Source: an uncultured Chloroflexia bacterium (GTDB taxonomy: Bacteria; Chloroflexota; Dehalococcoidia; DSTF01; JALHUB01). Taken from it: 64,000 nucleotides of DNA. Positions 1 through 10,955 of this stretch are shown one piece after another; the first letter of the stretch is position 1, and every line of letters starts with the position of its first letter. A program made the translations under genes and the position numbers. The stretch lies in assembly GCA_963726245.1 (NCBI GenBank), contig CAVSBT010000030.1, positions 32,001 to 96,000 of the forward strand. The letters run 5' to 3'. Under the pieces are notes generated by a model. The model did no database searches and was not told where the DNA came from. It was given only the letters and a program-made list of their open reading frames with translations.

Positions 1-824
1 CCTTGGCAGGGGCGGCACGGGCTCTGGGCGGAGGCGACTTCTCTTATCGAGTGAACGTTCGCTCCAAAGATGAGTTCGGCCAACTGGCCAAGACCTTCAA
101 CGCCATGGCCAGCGACCTGGAGCAGACTGAGCAGCTTCGCCGTAATGTCGTGGCCGACGTGGCGCACGAGCTACGAACGCCTCTTTCCAACATCCGCGGC
201 TATTTGGAAGCCATGCGGGACGGCGTGGTGGAGCCCGACACCACAACCATCGGCTCCATCTACGAAGAGGCGCTTCTATTGGAACGACTGGTCACAGACT
301 TGCAGGAGCTGGCCCTGGCCGATGCCGGGCAGCTCACCCTGCTGCGCCGTCCCACTGATATGCGGGACATCATAAACCAGGCCCTGGCCGCCCTTCAGAT
401 AGAGGCGAGGTCGAAGAACCTCTCTCTGGCTGCAGAGCTGCCGGAAGAACCGGCCATAGTTGACGTCGACCCCGAACGTGTCGGACAGGTGTTGCGCAAC
501 CTCTTGAGCAACGCAATATCCTACACACCAGAAGAAGGGAGGGTATCGGTTCAGCTCGTTGAGGAAGGCAGCACCCTGAGGGTGAACGTTGTCGATACCG
601 GCCCCGGCATCCCTGCCGCGGACCTGCCGTACGTCTTCGAGCGCTTCTACCGCGTGGACAAGTCGCGGGCCCGCTCCACAGGGGGCGCCGGCCTTGGCCT
701 AACCATAGCCAAGCGCCTGGTTGAGGCTCACGGCGGAACCATGGAGGTTACCAGCGAACTGGGAGAGGGAAGCTGCTTTAGCTTCACTCTACCCAAGGCG
801 CCGGAGGAAGATCGGCAGGAGTAG
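1..824 (+). CDS. Two-component sensor histidine kinase (HAMP-HisKA-HATPase, BaeS-like), 5' end outside window
   Basis: HAMP ([14 protein letters not shown]), H-box [10 protein letters not shown]-box NLLSNAI, G boxes DTGPGI and GAGLGL. Confidence 0.93.
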   Translation, partial: LAGAARALGGGDFSYRVNVRSKDEFGQLAKTFNAMASDLEQTEQLRRNVVADVAHELRTPLSNIRGYLEAMRDGVVEPDTTTIGSIYEEALLLERLVTDLQELALADAGQLTLLRRPTDMRDIINQALAALQIEARSKNLSLAAELPEEPAIVDVDPERVGQVLRNLLSNAISYTPEEGRVSVQLVEEGSTLRVNVVDTGPGIPAADLPYVFERFYRVDKSRARSTGGAGLGLTIAKRLVEAHGGTMEVTSELGEGSCFSFTLPKAPEEDRQE

Positions 825-886
825 CAGAGCCGTCGCAGGAATCGCATCGTACCCTGTAATGAATCCTTGAGTGGAGGAGGCATCAA

Positions 887-1721
887 ATGAAGAAGTTAAG
901 TATCGCAGCTCTATTGACGCTGGCTTGTCGCTCGTCAGCGTCAGCACGGTGGTGGTCGCAAGGGCCATGAATGGCGGGGCTCCAGCTCCACTGCGTCCGC
1001 GGATCCAGTCGACCTGAGTACTCAGAAGGTGTGGCTGGGAGTTCAGATCTCCCGTACGCCTGACGGTCCGACGATCTCTGAGGTAATCGCCGGCAGCCCT
1101 GCCGAAAAGGCGGGCCTCCAGCGAGGCGACGTGATCAAGGCCGTCGACGGCACTTCTGTTAGCGACGTAGCCGGCGTGCGCAGCGATCTCGCCAACAAGA
1201 ACCCGGGTGACACCGTCAAAGTATCCATCACCCGGAATGGAACGGCCCAGGACATTACGGTCACCCTGGAGGCGCCCCCAGCGCCGCTGCCCAGTGCCAT
1301 CTCTACACTTTTTCCCGAGTTTAGCGGAATAACTGGGGATCAGCTCTTCAGCCACCTGCTGGGCGGCTCCTTCCAGTTCAAAGACAGCGGCGGCAACACG
1401 CACACGGCAAGCGCTGACCTGGGAACCGTCACAGCAGTCGACACCAATGCCAAGACCATCACGGTCAACCTCAACGCTGGCGGCTCCAAGACCTACGCCA
1501 TAACTGGTGGCGTGAGCACCTTGCCTGCAGACCTGTCCAAGTTCCAGAACGGCGACAACGTAGCCGCCATCTCGATGGACGGCAATCTGCGGATCGTCTT
1601 GGACGCACCGGGCCGCCTCCTTGGCTTCCTCGGTGAAGGCAAGCGGGGCGGACCGTTTCGCGGCGGGTTCGGCATGGGCATGGACATGATGGGAAAGGAT
1701 GGAGGCGGAGGGGGATACTAG
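887..1721 (+). CDS. Secreted PDZ-domain protein (frameshift in N-terminal part)
   Basis: GGAGGAGG RBS before ATG at 887 (MKKLSIAALL, signal-like); ORF 1029-1721 has PDZ WLGVQI...GSPAEKAGLQRGDVI. Confidence 0.75.
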
Positions 1722-1734
1722 GCCCATGCGACCG

Positions 1735-1766
1735 GGACCGGCGGCCTGAATCCGGGCCGCCGGTCC
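1735..1766. terminator. GC-rich hairpin between PDZ gene and htrA
   Basis: GGACCGGCGGCC-N8-GGCCGCCGGTCC, perfect 12-bp stem; weak pyrimidine tail. Confidence 0.45.
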
Positions 1767-1831
1767 TCCTCTAGGCGTTTCCTCGCACTGAGGAAGACAA
1801 ACTCCAATCTGGAGAGTGGGAGAGTGATACA

Positions 1832-3028
1832 ATGCGACTCAAAACTGTTGGCCTCACCATGGCAGCGATCGTCATCGCCGGGGTACTGTCCGTGCTGGCC
1901 GTAGCACTGTTCTGGCCCAGTAGCAGTGGCAGCGGTCAGCCATCAGCGGCGGCGGTATCCAGCCCTGTTCCTTCATCGTCTTCGTCTTCTTCCGGCTCTG
2001 GTTCCAGCGGCGCAACCGCTCTCAGCTCCGCCTGCCTGGCTGCGAGTCAGGTCTATGACCAGGTACGTCCGGCAGTGGTGGAGATCACCAGCACGCAGCA
2101 GGGCCGCAGTCCCTTCTCGCCCCAAGGACAAGCGTCCGGCAGTGGAATCGTCATCGACAACCAGGGAACGATTCTCACCAACAATCACGTCGTCGCCGAC
2201 GCCACCAACATCGAAGTCAAGTTCAGCGACAACTCGACGGCTTCCGCCCAAGTGCTGGGAACTGATCCCGGCAACGACCTGGCGGTCATCCGCGCCGACC
2301 TGTCCGGCCAGAAGCTGACGGCTGCAACCCTGGGTGACTCGGATGCCATTCACGTCGGCGACCCGGTGCTGGCCATCGGCGCCCCGTTCGAGCTGGAGGG
2401 CACCCTCACCCAGGGGATCGTCAGCGCCATCGGCCGCACCTTTAGCAGCGGTCAGGGCACCCGCCCGATCCGCAACATGATCCAGACCGACGCCGCGGTG
2501 AACCCGGGCAACTCCGGCGGTCCACTCATCGACTGCCAGGGGCAGGTCATAGGCCTCAACTCCGCTCTGGAGAACCCCACGGGCCAGGACGTCAACGTGG
2601 GCATCGCCTTTGCCGTTCCCATCAACTCCGCGAAGCGCTTCCTCCCGGACATGGAGGCCGGCAAGACGGTCAGCCATCCCTGGCTGGGGATAGCGGGAGA
2701 GGACGTGACGCCGGCCCTGGCCAAGGACCTCAACCTATCGGTCCAGTCCGGAGCCTACGTGACCCTCGTCTCATCCGGCGGCCCCGCCGACAATGCGGGG
2801 TTGCACGGCGCCTTCAGCTCGGAGAGCCAGGCGCAGCAGAGTGGGGGGCAGCCTCAAGGCGGCGGAGACGTCATCGTGGCGGCGGACGGCCATAACGTCA
2901 CCGGCATAGATGATCTAGCCACCTACCTCGACACCCAGAAGAAGGTGGGTGACACCGTCGCTCTCAAGATCAATCGCGGGGGACAGGAGTCGACCCTCAA
3001 CGCGACCCTGGCAGAGTGGCCAGGCTAG
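1832..3028 (+). CDS. htrA: HtrA/DegP-family trypsin-like serine protease with PDZ domain
   Basis: N-terminal TM; LTNNHVV, DLAVI and NPGNSGGPL triad motifs; C-terminal PDZ. Confidence 0.95.
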   Translation: MRLKTVGLTMAAIVIAGVLSVLAVALFWPSSSGSGQPSAAAVSSPVPSSSSSSSGSGSSGATALSSACLAASQVYDQVRPAVVEITSTQQGRSPFSPQGQASGSGIVIDNQGTILTNNHVVADATNIEVKFSDNSTASAQVLGTDPGNDLAVIRADLSGQKLTAATLGDSDAIHVGDPVLAIGAPFELEGTLTQGIVSAIGRTFSSGQGTRPIRNMIQTDAAVNPGNSGGPLIDCQGQVIGLNSALENPTGQDVNVGIAFAVPINSAKRFLPDMEAGKTVSHPWLGIAGEDVTPALAKDLNLSVQSGAYVTLVSSGGPADNAGLHGAFSSESQAQQSGGQPQGGGDVIVAADGHNVTGIDDLATYLDTQKKVGDTVALKINRGGQESTLNATLAEWPG

Positions 3029-3050
3029 GTCGCGCCGCGGGACACGTCCA

Positions 3051-3092
3051 GTAGGGGCGCACGGCCGTGCGCCCCTACTTCGTGCGCCCCTA
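3051..3092. repeat. GTAG-type REP palindrome plus partial second copy
   Basis: GTAGGGGCGCACGGCCGTGCGCCCCTAC perfect 28-bp palindrome (3051-3078), then CGTGCGCCCCTA, between convergent genes. Confidence 0.8.
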
Positions 3093-3094
3093 TA

Positions 3095-4484
3095 CTACAC
3101 CTCGTGGCTCTCGCCGAAGGCGGCGATGCTCACCTTCCGACCCAGCTCCGTGCGTATGACGGCCGCCAGCCCTTCCAGGCTCTTCGGCTCACCGTGCACC
3201 AGCAGTACGTCCGCCTTGCCCGTCCCCCGCAGCCAGTCCACCAGCCCCCGCTGATCGGCGTGAGCGCTGAGGCCGTTGATGGTGTAGATGCGGGCGCGTA
3301 CCGCCACCTTCTCGCCGAAGATGCGGATCGACGCGGGCGCCGTCCACGATGGCGCGGCCGGGCGTGCCGATCGCCTGGTAGCCGACGAAGACCACCGAGC
3401 ATTCCTTGCGCCACAGGTTGTGCCGCAGGTGGTGGAGGATGCGCCCCCCGTTCGCCATGCCGCTTCCGGCGATGATTATGTTCCCCGACGGCCAGCGCTG
3501 GATCGACTTCGAGTCCTCGGTGCTGACCGTGAACTCCACGCCGGGGAACTCGAACGGGTCCTCGCCCGCCTCCAGCTTGGCGAGAAGCCGCGGGTTTAGC
3601 GCTTTCAGGTGGCGTTCGTAGGCCTTGGTGATGCTCACGGCAAGCGGACTGTCGAGGAAGATGCGGCAGCGGGGCAGCTCGCCGGCATCCCACATGAGGT
3701 GCAGGTAGTAGAGCACGTCCTGCGAGCGCTCGAGAGCGAAGGAGGGGATGAGGACGTTGCCGCCCCGTCCGATCGCATCCTTGACCGCCTGCCCGAACTC
3801 GCGCCGTGATTCCTCGACGGGGCGATGCGGCCGGTCGCCGTAAGTCGATTCGCTCAAGACGAGGTCGCACGGATGCGGGTCGACCGGATCGGGCATGACT
3901 TCGCGTCCCCGGTAGCCGACGTCGCCGCTGAAGGTCACGCGCTTGCCTTGCCCGTTCCTCTTCTCCTCGAACTCGAGGAAGGCCGACCCGAGGATGTGCC
4001 CGGCGTTGCGGAAGGTCACCGACAAGCCGTCGCCCAGCGAGAGCGGCGAGTCGTAGCCCACCGGCGTCTGGAACTGGTCCATCGCTACCAGCACGTCCTC
4101 GACGGCGTACGGCGGCGGCTCCACCCGGTTGCCCCGGCGCTCCGCCTTTCGCCGGTGCGCGCCGTACTCCTCGTACATCACGTGCGCCGCGTCCATGAGA
4201 ATGACCCGCCCGATCTCCCGCGTCTCCGCCGTCGCCAGTATGGGCCCTTCGTAGCCCTCCTTGACGAGCAGCGGCACGCGACCGATGTGGTCGAGGTGGC
4301 TGTGCGTGAGGAGAACGGCGTCGATGCTCTTGGCGTCGAAGCGGAAGGGCTCGCCGCTGCGCGAGTAGGAGTTGTCGCCTCCCTGGAACTGGCCGCAGTC
4401 GATCAGCAGCCGCTTACCGCCGGCCTCCAGCAGATGGCAGGAGCCGGTGACTTCACCCGCTGCTCCGTAGGCAGTTACACGCAT
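3095..4484 (-). CDS. MBL-fold beta-CASP metallo-hydrolase/RNase (frameshift ~3325)
   Basis: GAAGEVTGSC, THSHLDHIG, AGHILGS, ESTYG; C-terminal GLSAHAD and LVHGE in ORF 3095-3307. Confidence 0.92.
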
Positions 4485-4528
4485 GGGACGCGTCCTTTCA
4501 TGACTGAGGTCACGATGTGGGGAAGGAC

Positions 4529-5203
4529 CTAGTCGTTGTCATGCCCCTTCAGATGCTGCCAGCGGTCCACCTTAGCCACGATCTCCACCGGGTCGTCCAC
4601 CACCTCCAGAAGGTCCAGGTCGGTCGGGTCGATATAGGCGCTCCCGGCCGTCTTCTTGGAGAGCCAGCCCATCAGGTCCTGCCAGTACTCCCGGCCCATC
4701 AGGAATACAGGGAAAGGCCGGATCTTGTGGGTATGGATCAGCGTGATCGTCTCGAACAGCTCGTCGAGGGTGCCGAATCCGCCCGGCATCAGGACGAAGG
4801 CCGTCGCGTACTTGACGAGCATGACCTTGCGCACGAAGAAGTGGTGGAAGTCGACGGCGATGGTGTGGTACCGGTTCGACGGCTGCTCCTTCGGCAGGGC
4901 GATCGTCAGCCCCACCGACGTGCCGCCGGCCTCGAATGCCCCCTTGTTCGCGGCCTCCATGATCCCCGGCCCGCCGCCGGTGATAACCGCATAGCCGGCG
5001 AGGGCCAGCCGGCGCCCGAGGTCTTCGGCGAGCTTGAACAGCGGACTGTCCGGCAGGACGCGGGCGGAGCCGTAGACCGTCACCGCCGGCGTCAGTCCGG
5101 CGAGCGTATCGAACCCCTCGATGAACTCGCCCATGATGCGGAACATGCGCCAGGCCTCTTCCTTGCGCAGCTCGTTGATGATGTACCTGTCCGGCTGCTC
5201 CAT
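4529..5203 (-). CDS. LOG-family (TIGR00730-type) nucleotide phosphoribohydrolase
   Basis: VTVYGSAR, ITGGGPGIMEAANKGA, PGGFGTLDELFE; start MEQPDRY after GGAGG. Confidence 0.93.
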   Translation of the reverse strand: MEQPDRYIINELRKEEAWRMFRIMGEFIEGFDTLAGLTPAVTVYGSARVLPDSPLFKLAEDLGRRLALAGYAVITGGGPGIMEAANKGAFEAGGTSVGLTIALPKEQPSNRYHTIAVDFHHFFVRKVMLVKYATAFVLMPGGFGTLDELFETITLIHTHKIRPFPVFLMGREYWQDLMGWLSKKTAGSAYIDPTDLDLLEVVDDPVEIVAKVDRWQHLKGHDND

Positions 5204-5417
5204 GATGCGCCTCCAGCTAAGACTCCGAAGCCAAAGCCTCAGATACAATAGCACGAGAGCAGGTGGACAGGCCAAGCGGAGGCCGGCAGGACTATCACTC
5301 CCGGTTCTTGCTGGCCTTCATCACGAGTACGAATGGGTAGCGAATTGACGCACGCAGATACGGATGCAATATTGGCTTCTCACAGTCGGTGATTAGAGGG
5401 GCTGCTGCACGCACTTC

Positions 5418-8142
5418 ATGGATGATTCGAGCGCCCGAGAGAATGGGTGGCAAAGCCTGGAACTCGTGGCGGCGGCCCGGCTCGACGCACCGGCCGTGCT
5501 CACACGATTGGAGACTTCCGAGAATGGTCTGAGTGCGGCTGAGGCAACGGGCCGCCTGGGCAAGCTCGGGCCAAACGCCGTTCGCAGCCACGGTGCGAAT
5601 GCCCTGGATGTGCTGCTCCGCCAGGTCAAGAGCCCCCTCCTGATCCTGCTGGTGGCGGCCGCAGCCACGTCGCTGGTCGTCGGGGAGCGAACCGACGCCC
5701 TGATCATCTTTGCCATCATGGCCCTCAGCGTAGGGCTCGGGTTCTTCAATGAGTACCGGGCCGCGCGCGCCGTAGAAGCGCTGCACTCTCGCATCCGCCA
5801 CACCGCCGTCACGTCCCGCGACGGCAAAGTCGTCGAGGTCGATCTCACGGACCTGGTGCCCGGTGACGTCGTGCGTCTCACCGTCGGCGAGGTGGTGCCG
5901 GCAGATATGCGTCTCCTGGAGGCCGACGAGCTAACGTGTGATGAGGCGATGCTGACGGGTGAAGCGACGCCCGCGGAGAAGAACACCACCCCTGCGCCTC
6001 CGGCCGAATCACCCCTCGATCTGCCGTCGTGCGTATTCATGGGCACCGTGGTGCGCACAGGCGGCGGCCGCGGAGTGGTAGTGCAGACGGGAAGAAACAC
6101 CGCCTTCGGTCGCATCGCCATCCGCCTCGGCGAGGCGCAGGAAGAGACCGGCTTCCAGCTCGGCCTCCGCGATTTCTCCGTCCTGCTCGTAAAGGTCACG
6201 GTCGTTCTGACCGTGTCCATCTTCGTCATCAACGTCGCACTGCGACGGCCGCTTCTGGATGCCGCACTCTTCGCTCTAGCCATCGCGGTAGGGCTCACGC
6301 CGCAGCTCTTGCCCGCCATCGTTACGATTAGCCTTTCGACCGGCGCCCGTCATCTGGCCCGCAAATCGGTGATCGTCAAGCGGCTCGTAAGCATCGAGGA
6401 CCTGGGCAACATGGAGGTGCTGTTTACCGACAAGACAGGCACCCTCACGGAAGGTAAGATCACCTACTCGGCGGCCCTCGATCCCGCCGGCAACCCCTCG
6501 AGTGAAGCGTTCCTTCTCGGGCTGCTGTGCAACTCGGCGACGGTCGAAGGCGGCGTCACCGTCAGCGGGAATCCTCTCGACCGCGCCCTGTGGGACGCTC
6601 CCCAAGCCGCAAGCACCCCCGTGTCGGACTTCGTCCGTCTCGCCGAGGCCCCCTTTGACTACGACCGTCAGCGGATGTCGGTGCTGGTGCAGGACCCGAA
6701 GGGAGCCCGCCGCGTGATAACGAAGGGTGCGCCCGAGTCGGTGCTTGCCCTCTGCCACGAGGTCCCGCCGAGCGTGCCCGCCCTGCTGAATGCCCAGTTC
6801 GATGCCGGCAGCCGGACCATCGCCGTGGCGACTCGTGACGGAGAGCGGCCTCTCGACCATCGGCCCTCAGGACGAGCACGACCTCCAGTTCGCTGGGTTC
6901 CTCACCTTCGTCGATCGGGCGAAGCCCGACGTTGGCGCTTCGATCGAACGGCTGAACAAGCTCGGCATCACCGTCAAGATTGTTACGGGAGACAACGACC
7001 GGGTGGCGACCAAGCTCTGCACCGATCTGGGCATGCCCGTCGCTGGTACGCTGACCGGTACCGCCTTGGAGAAGCTGAGCGATGATGAGCTGGTGGCGGC
7101 GCTGCCTTCGACTACGATCTTCGCCCGGGTAACACCTGAACAGAAGTCGCGGATCATCCGGGCCCAGCGGACGCTGGGCGCCGACGTCGGCTTCCTCGGC
7201 GATGGGGTCAACGATGCGGTTGCACTGCATGACGCCGATGTCGGCATCTCAGTGGACTCCGGCGCCGACGTGGCCAAGGACGCCGCCGACATCGTGTTGC
7301 TTGACAAGGACCTGGGCATCCTGGCGGGCGGCGTCGTCGAGGGCAGGCGCGTATTCGCCAACACCATCAAGTACGTGCTGATGGGGACATCATCCAACTT
7401 CGGCAACATGTTCAGCGCCGGCGGCGCCTCTCTCGTGCTGTCCTTCCTGCCGATGCTACCGCCGCAGATCCTCCTCAATAACCTCCTCTACGACGTGAGC
7501 GAGATGACCATCCCGACGGACAACGTCGACGAGGAGCTGCTGGAGCATCCGGCGCACTGGGACACCTCTTTCATCCGCAAGTTCATGATGTTCTTCGGTC
7601 CCATCAGCTCGGTGTATGACTTTCTCACTTTTGGGGTCATGCTGTGGGTCTTTAACGCCGGCGAGACGCTGTTTCATTCCGGGTGGTTCGCCGAGTCGCT
7701 CGCCACGCAAACGCTGGTGATCTTCATCATCCGCACCAGGCGGATTCCCTTCTTCCACAGTCGCCCCAGCCGCCCACTGCTGGCGACGACGCTGGCCTGC
7801 GCCGCCATCGGTGTCGTGCTCCCGTTCTCGCCTCTGGCAGGCCTGCTCGGGTTCACGGCGCTGCCCGCCGGCTTCCTTGCGATCCTGGTGCTGATGGTCG
7901 TCACGTATCTGGGTCTGGTCGAGGCCGGCAAGTCGCGGTTCTTCCGGCCGGAGCCGGGCGAGCGGCCTCTGGCCCGGAGACGCGGGAAGTGGGAGAGGCG
8001 CGTTCACCGGGTTGCGGCGCGCTGGAGCCACCCGAGGCTTCCCGGGACGGGGACTGCCTCACGGAGTCGCCTGAGGTCAAGCCGCAGGTCTTCGGCCGGC
8101 TTGAACAGCGGATCGTCCGACAAGACTGGGGCGGAGCCGTAG
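5418..8142 (+). CDS. mgtA: Magnesium-translocating P-type ATPase (frameshift ~6840)
   Basis: DKTGTLT, TGE, KGAPE, GDGVND; P3B-specific AVGLTPQLLP, GTSSNFGNMFS, ILLNNLLYD. Confidence 0.92.
8086..8142 (-). pseudogene. LOG gene scar A (decayed duplicate)
   Basis: 49/57 nt identical to LOG 5019-5075 by manual alignment. Confidence 0.8.
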
Positions 8143-8224
8143 CGGCACCGGCAGGCTGCGGTCTGACAAGCCGAGCGAGGGCTAGCAGATGCCAGCCCTC
8201 GCTCCCTTCTCGGCCAATTGCCTG

Positions 8225-8563
8225 TTAGAGTGCGGCCTCTCCCCTCTCGCCGGTGCGGACGCGCATGGCATCGTCAATCGTGGAGACGAAGACCTTGCCA
8301 TCGCCAATCTCGCCCGTGCGTGCGCTGTCTCTGATCGCCTTGAGGACCTTCTCCGCCATGGTGTCAGCGACCACCACCTCGATCTTCACCTTGGGAAGGA
8401 CGTCGACGCTGTAGGCCGTGCCACGCCACTGCTGGGTGATACCGCGCTGCGTGCCATGTCCCTTGACCTCGGTGAACGTGAGACCGCCGTAGCCGATCTC
8501 CTCGAGCGCCTTCTGCACCAGCGCCACCCGCTCCGGCCGGACTATCGCTTCGATCTTCTTCAT
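8225..8563 (-). CDS. glnK: P-II nitrogen regulatory protein (GlnK/GlnB)
   Basis: MKKIEAIVRP, EVKGHG, T-loop WRGTAYSVD, RTGEIGDGKVFV, RVRTGERG; adjacent to amt. Confidence 0.95.
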   Translation of the reverse strand: MKKIEAIVRPERVALVQKALEEIGYGGLTFTEVKGHGTQRGITQQWRGTAYSVDVLPKVKIEVVVADTMAEKVLKAIRDSARTGEIGDGKVFVSTIDDAMRVRTGERGEAAL

Positions 8564-8600
8564 CTCTGCTAACCTCCGCTTCAAGGAATCACGTCCCGCG

Positions 8601-10275
8601 TCAGGAGCCAGCGCCGACGGGTTCAGACCCGGACAGAGCACGCCGGAGCAGATCCTCCGGGATGGAGCCGTGGAGCTCTCGCTCCATCACGAAACCGGCG
8701 TAACCCGACACGCCGAATTCCGGCTCGTCCAGCCCCAGGACCTCCGCCTCCTCCGACACACGCATCGATGTTACCGCCTTGTAGGCTCCGAAGACGAGCA
8801 TCGTCACGCCGAATGCCCAGCAGAAGCTGACGACGACGCTGAAGAGCTGGGCGCCCATCTGACCAACGTCGCCGTAGAACAGGCCGGTGACATTGCCAGT
8901 GATGCCGTTCCAGCCTGCGCCGTACGTCCCGTCGGCGAAGAGGCCGAGGGCGATGAGTCCCCAGGCACCGCAAACGCCATGGACTGAGACGGCGCCGCAG
9001 GGGTCATCCACATGGGCAACGTTGTCCCAGAACCAGACGCTGACACAGACCAGCAGGCCGGCGACAAGCCCGATGATCGCGGCCGCGTAAGGGGCGACAA
9101 AGGCGCAAGGGCGCGGTGATCGCGACCAGGCCGGCCAGCATGCCGTTGCAGGACATGGAGATGTCGGGTTTGCCATAGACCCAGGCGGTGTAGGCGATCG
9201 CGGCGGCGGCGCCAAAGACAGAGGCGGTCGCCGTGTTCTCGATGATGACGGCGATGCGCAGGTCTGAGGAGCCGAGCGTCGAACCGGGGTTGAAGCCCAT
9301 CCATCCGAAGAGAAGTATGAACGTGCCGACGACAACATAGGGGATGCTGTGGCCGGGGATGGCGTTGGGCTTCCCGTCACGGTTGAACTTACCGATACGC
9401 GGCCCGAGGAGGATGGCGAGCGCCAGGGCGGTCCAGCCGCCCACCGCATGGACGACGCCGGAGCCGGCGAAGTCGACGGCGCCGTGGCCGAGATTCAGGC
9501 TACTGCCGATCTGAGAGAGCCAGCCGCCACCCCAGATCCAGTTACCGTAGATGGGATAGACGATCCCGCCGATAAGGAGCTCGGCGAAGATAAACGTCTT
9601 GAAGTTTATTCGCTCGGCGATGGCACCAACGATGATGTAGCCGGCCGTCTCCATGAAGACGACTTCGAAGAAGAAGAGGGCCAGGGCGCTCACATCATAG
9701 CTATGGCCGGACTGGAGAAAGAAACCGTTGAGGCCGATGAGGCCCCAGTGGCTGCCGCTCACTGTCAATAGGTGGCCCAAGACCATCGCCCCGCCCAAGT
9801 TGCCGGGGGCGGCGTTCAGCGCCGTGCCTCCGAACTGGAACGCGAAGCCCACCGTGTAGTAAGCGATCCAGGCGATGACAAAGGCGGCGAAGTTGAGCAT
9901 CATCATGTGGCCGGCGTTCTTCGCCCGCGTCAGCCCGGTGGTGAGGAGAGCGAAGCCGGCCTGCATGAAGAGCACGAAGGAGCCCATGATCAGCGTCCAG
10001 GTGAAGTCGACGGCGATCTTGTCGTGGCCAACCTGCGTGGCGAGCGCGCCGACATCGTTCTGTGCGCATTTCTGGGCGTCTGCTTCGCTAGTTGCGCCCT
10101 GACACTGTTGAGAGAAGGCACCGCCGCCGTTACCGGAGAAAGTCACGGCGTTGACGGCGCCGCCCGTCTGAGTGCCGCTGGCGTCGCCGTGGTGGAACTG
10201 GGAGACCGCCACCAGGGCTATAAGCGTGATGACCGTCAGGGCTACAAGCTTCTGAATGCCGCTCCACTTTCTCAC
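8601..10275 (-). CDS. amtB: Ammonium transporter (frameshift ~9105)
   Basis: FMQAGFALL, DFAGSGVVH, FGWMGFNPGS, NGMLAGLVAIT, DDPCGAVSVHG; AAAGGAG RBS before GTG 10275. Confidence 0.93.
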
Positions 10276-10381
10276 GATCGTTCTCCTTTCCGGATCCACT
10301 CCTCGCTTACGCAGGCGGAGTGCCCAATACAGTGTTCCAGCGATGGGCCACGAATCGCGGGATCGTGTCCCATTGTCCCGA

Positions 10382-10746
10382 TCATCCTGAGGCCCCGCAA
10401 ACGGCTGCACCAGGCCGTAGCCACGGCCGCGTACCGTCTCGAGCCTGTGGGGCCGTGACGCGGCCAGCTTGGTCCGCAGGCGGCACACCATGACCGCCAA
10501 CCGTCGTCTCTCGCGCGCCCCGCTGGAGCGCCACAAAGTGCGCGTCAGCTCTTCGTAGGCGATGATGCGGTTCGCTTTGTTCACCAGGACCCGCAGCAAC
10601 TCGAACTCCAAGTACGTGAGCTCCGTGGGCTGGTTGGCCACCATCGCCCGGTAGCTCGCCACATCGAGGGCCACGTTGCCTGCGCAGAGCACCGTCATCT
10701 CGGCCGGTGCCGACGACACCCGGACTTGTGACATCGCACGCACCAT
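10382..10746 (-). CDS. OmpR-type winged-helix DNA-binding protein, GlnR C-terminal-like, no receiver domain; in frame with amtB as sequenced (end uncertain)
   Basis: LTYLEFELLRVL...RLRTKL...LETVRGRGY at N-terminus of ORF 9004-10746. Confidence 0.75.
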
Positions 10747-10776
10747 GGTTGCTCGTTCCTCCCCACACGAAAGAGT

Positions 10777-10850
10777 ATTGTATCGAGCGTAGCAGCGTCA
10801 GGTTGCGTGTTGAATTCGGGAAGATTACTGGAGGGTTAAATCTGTGTTAC
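10777..10850 (-). promoter_or_regulatory. GlnR/OmpR-box-like 11-bp direct repeats upstream of a TACAAT -10
   Basis: Minus strand GTAAC-N6-TTAAC-N6-GTAAT-N6-GAATT (10850-10813); TACAAT at 10782-10777. Confidence 0.5.
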
Positions 10851-10865
10851 GCGGTCCGGCGGGGG

Positions 10866-10906
10866 CAGCCCGGCGAGCGTGTCGAACCCCTCGATGAACT
10901 CGCCCA
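10866..10906 (-). pseudogene. LOG gene scar B (decayed duplicate)
   Basis: 39/41 nt identical to LOG 5093-5133. Confidence 0.85.
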
Positions 10907-10955
10907 CAGCCAGGAACAATAGAGGATGGGGGGTCACCTCTCAGGTCGTGGAGTG

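Noticed and set aside
1-3028. Kinase-PDZ-HtrA block as a novel system
   Set aside because: Ordinary envelope-stress arrangement resembling CssRS/MprAB-htrA
5210-5417. Mg2+ riboswitch or leader peptide upstream of mgtA
   Set aside because: No recognisable M-box or mgtL features by eye; an Rfam/Infernal search would be needed
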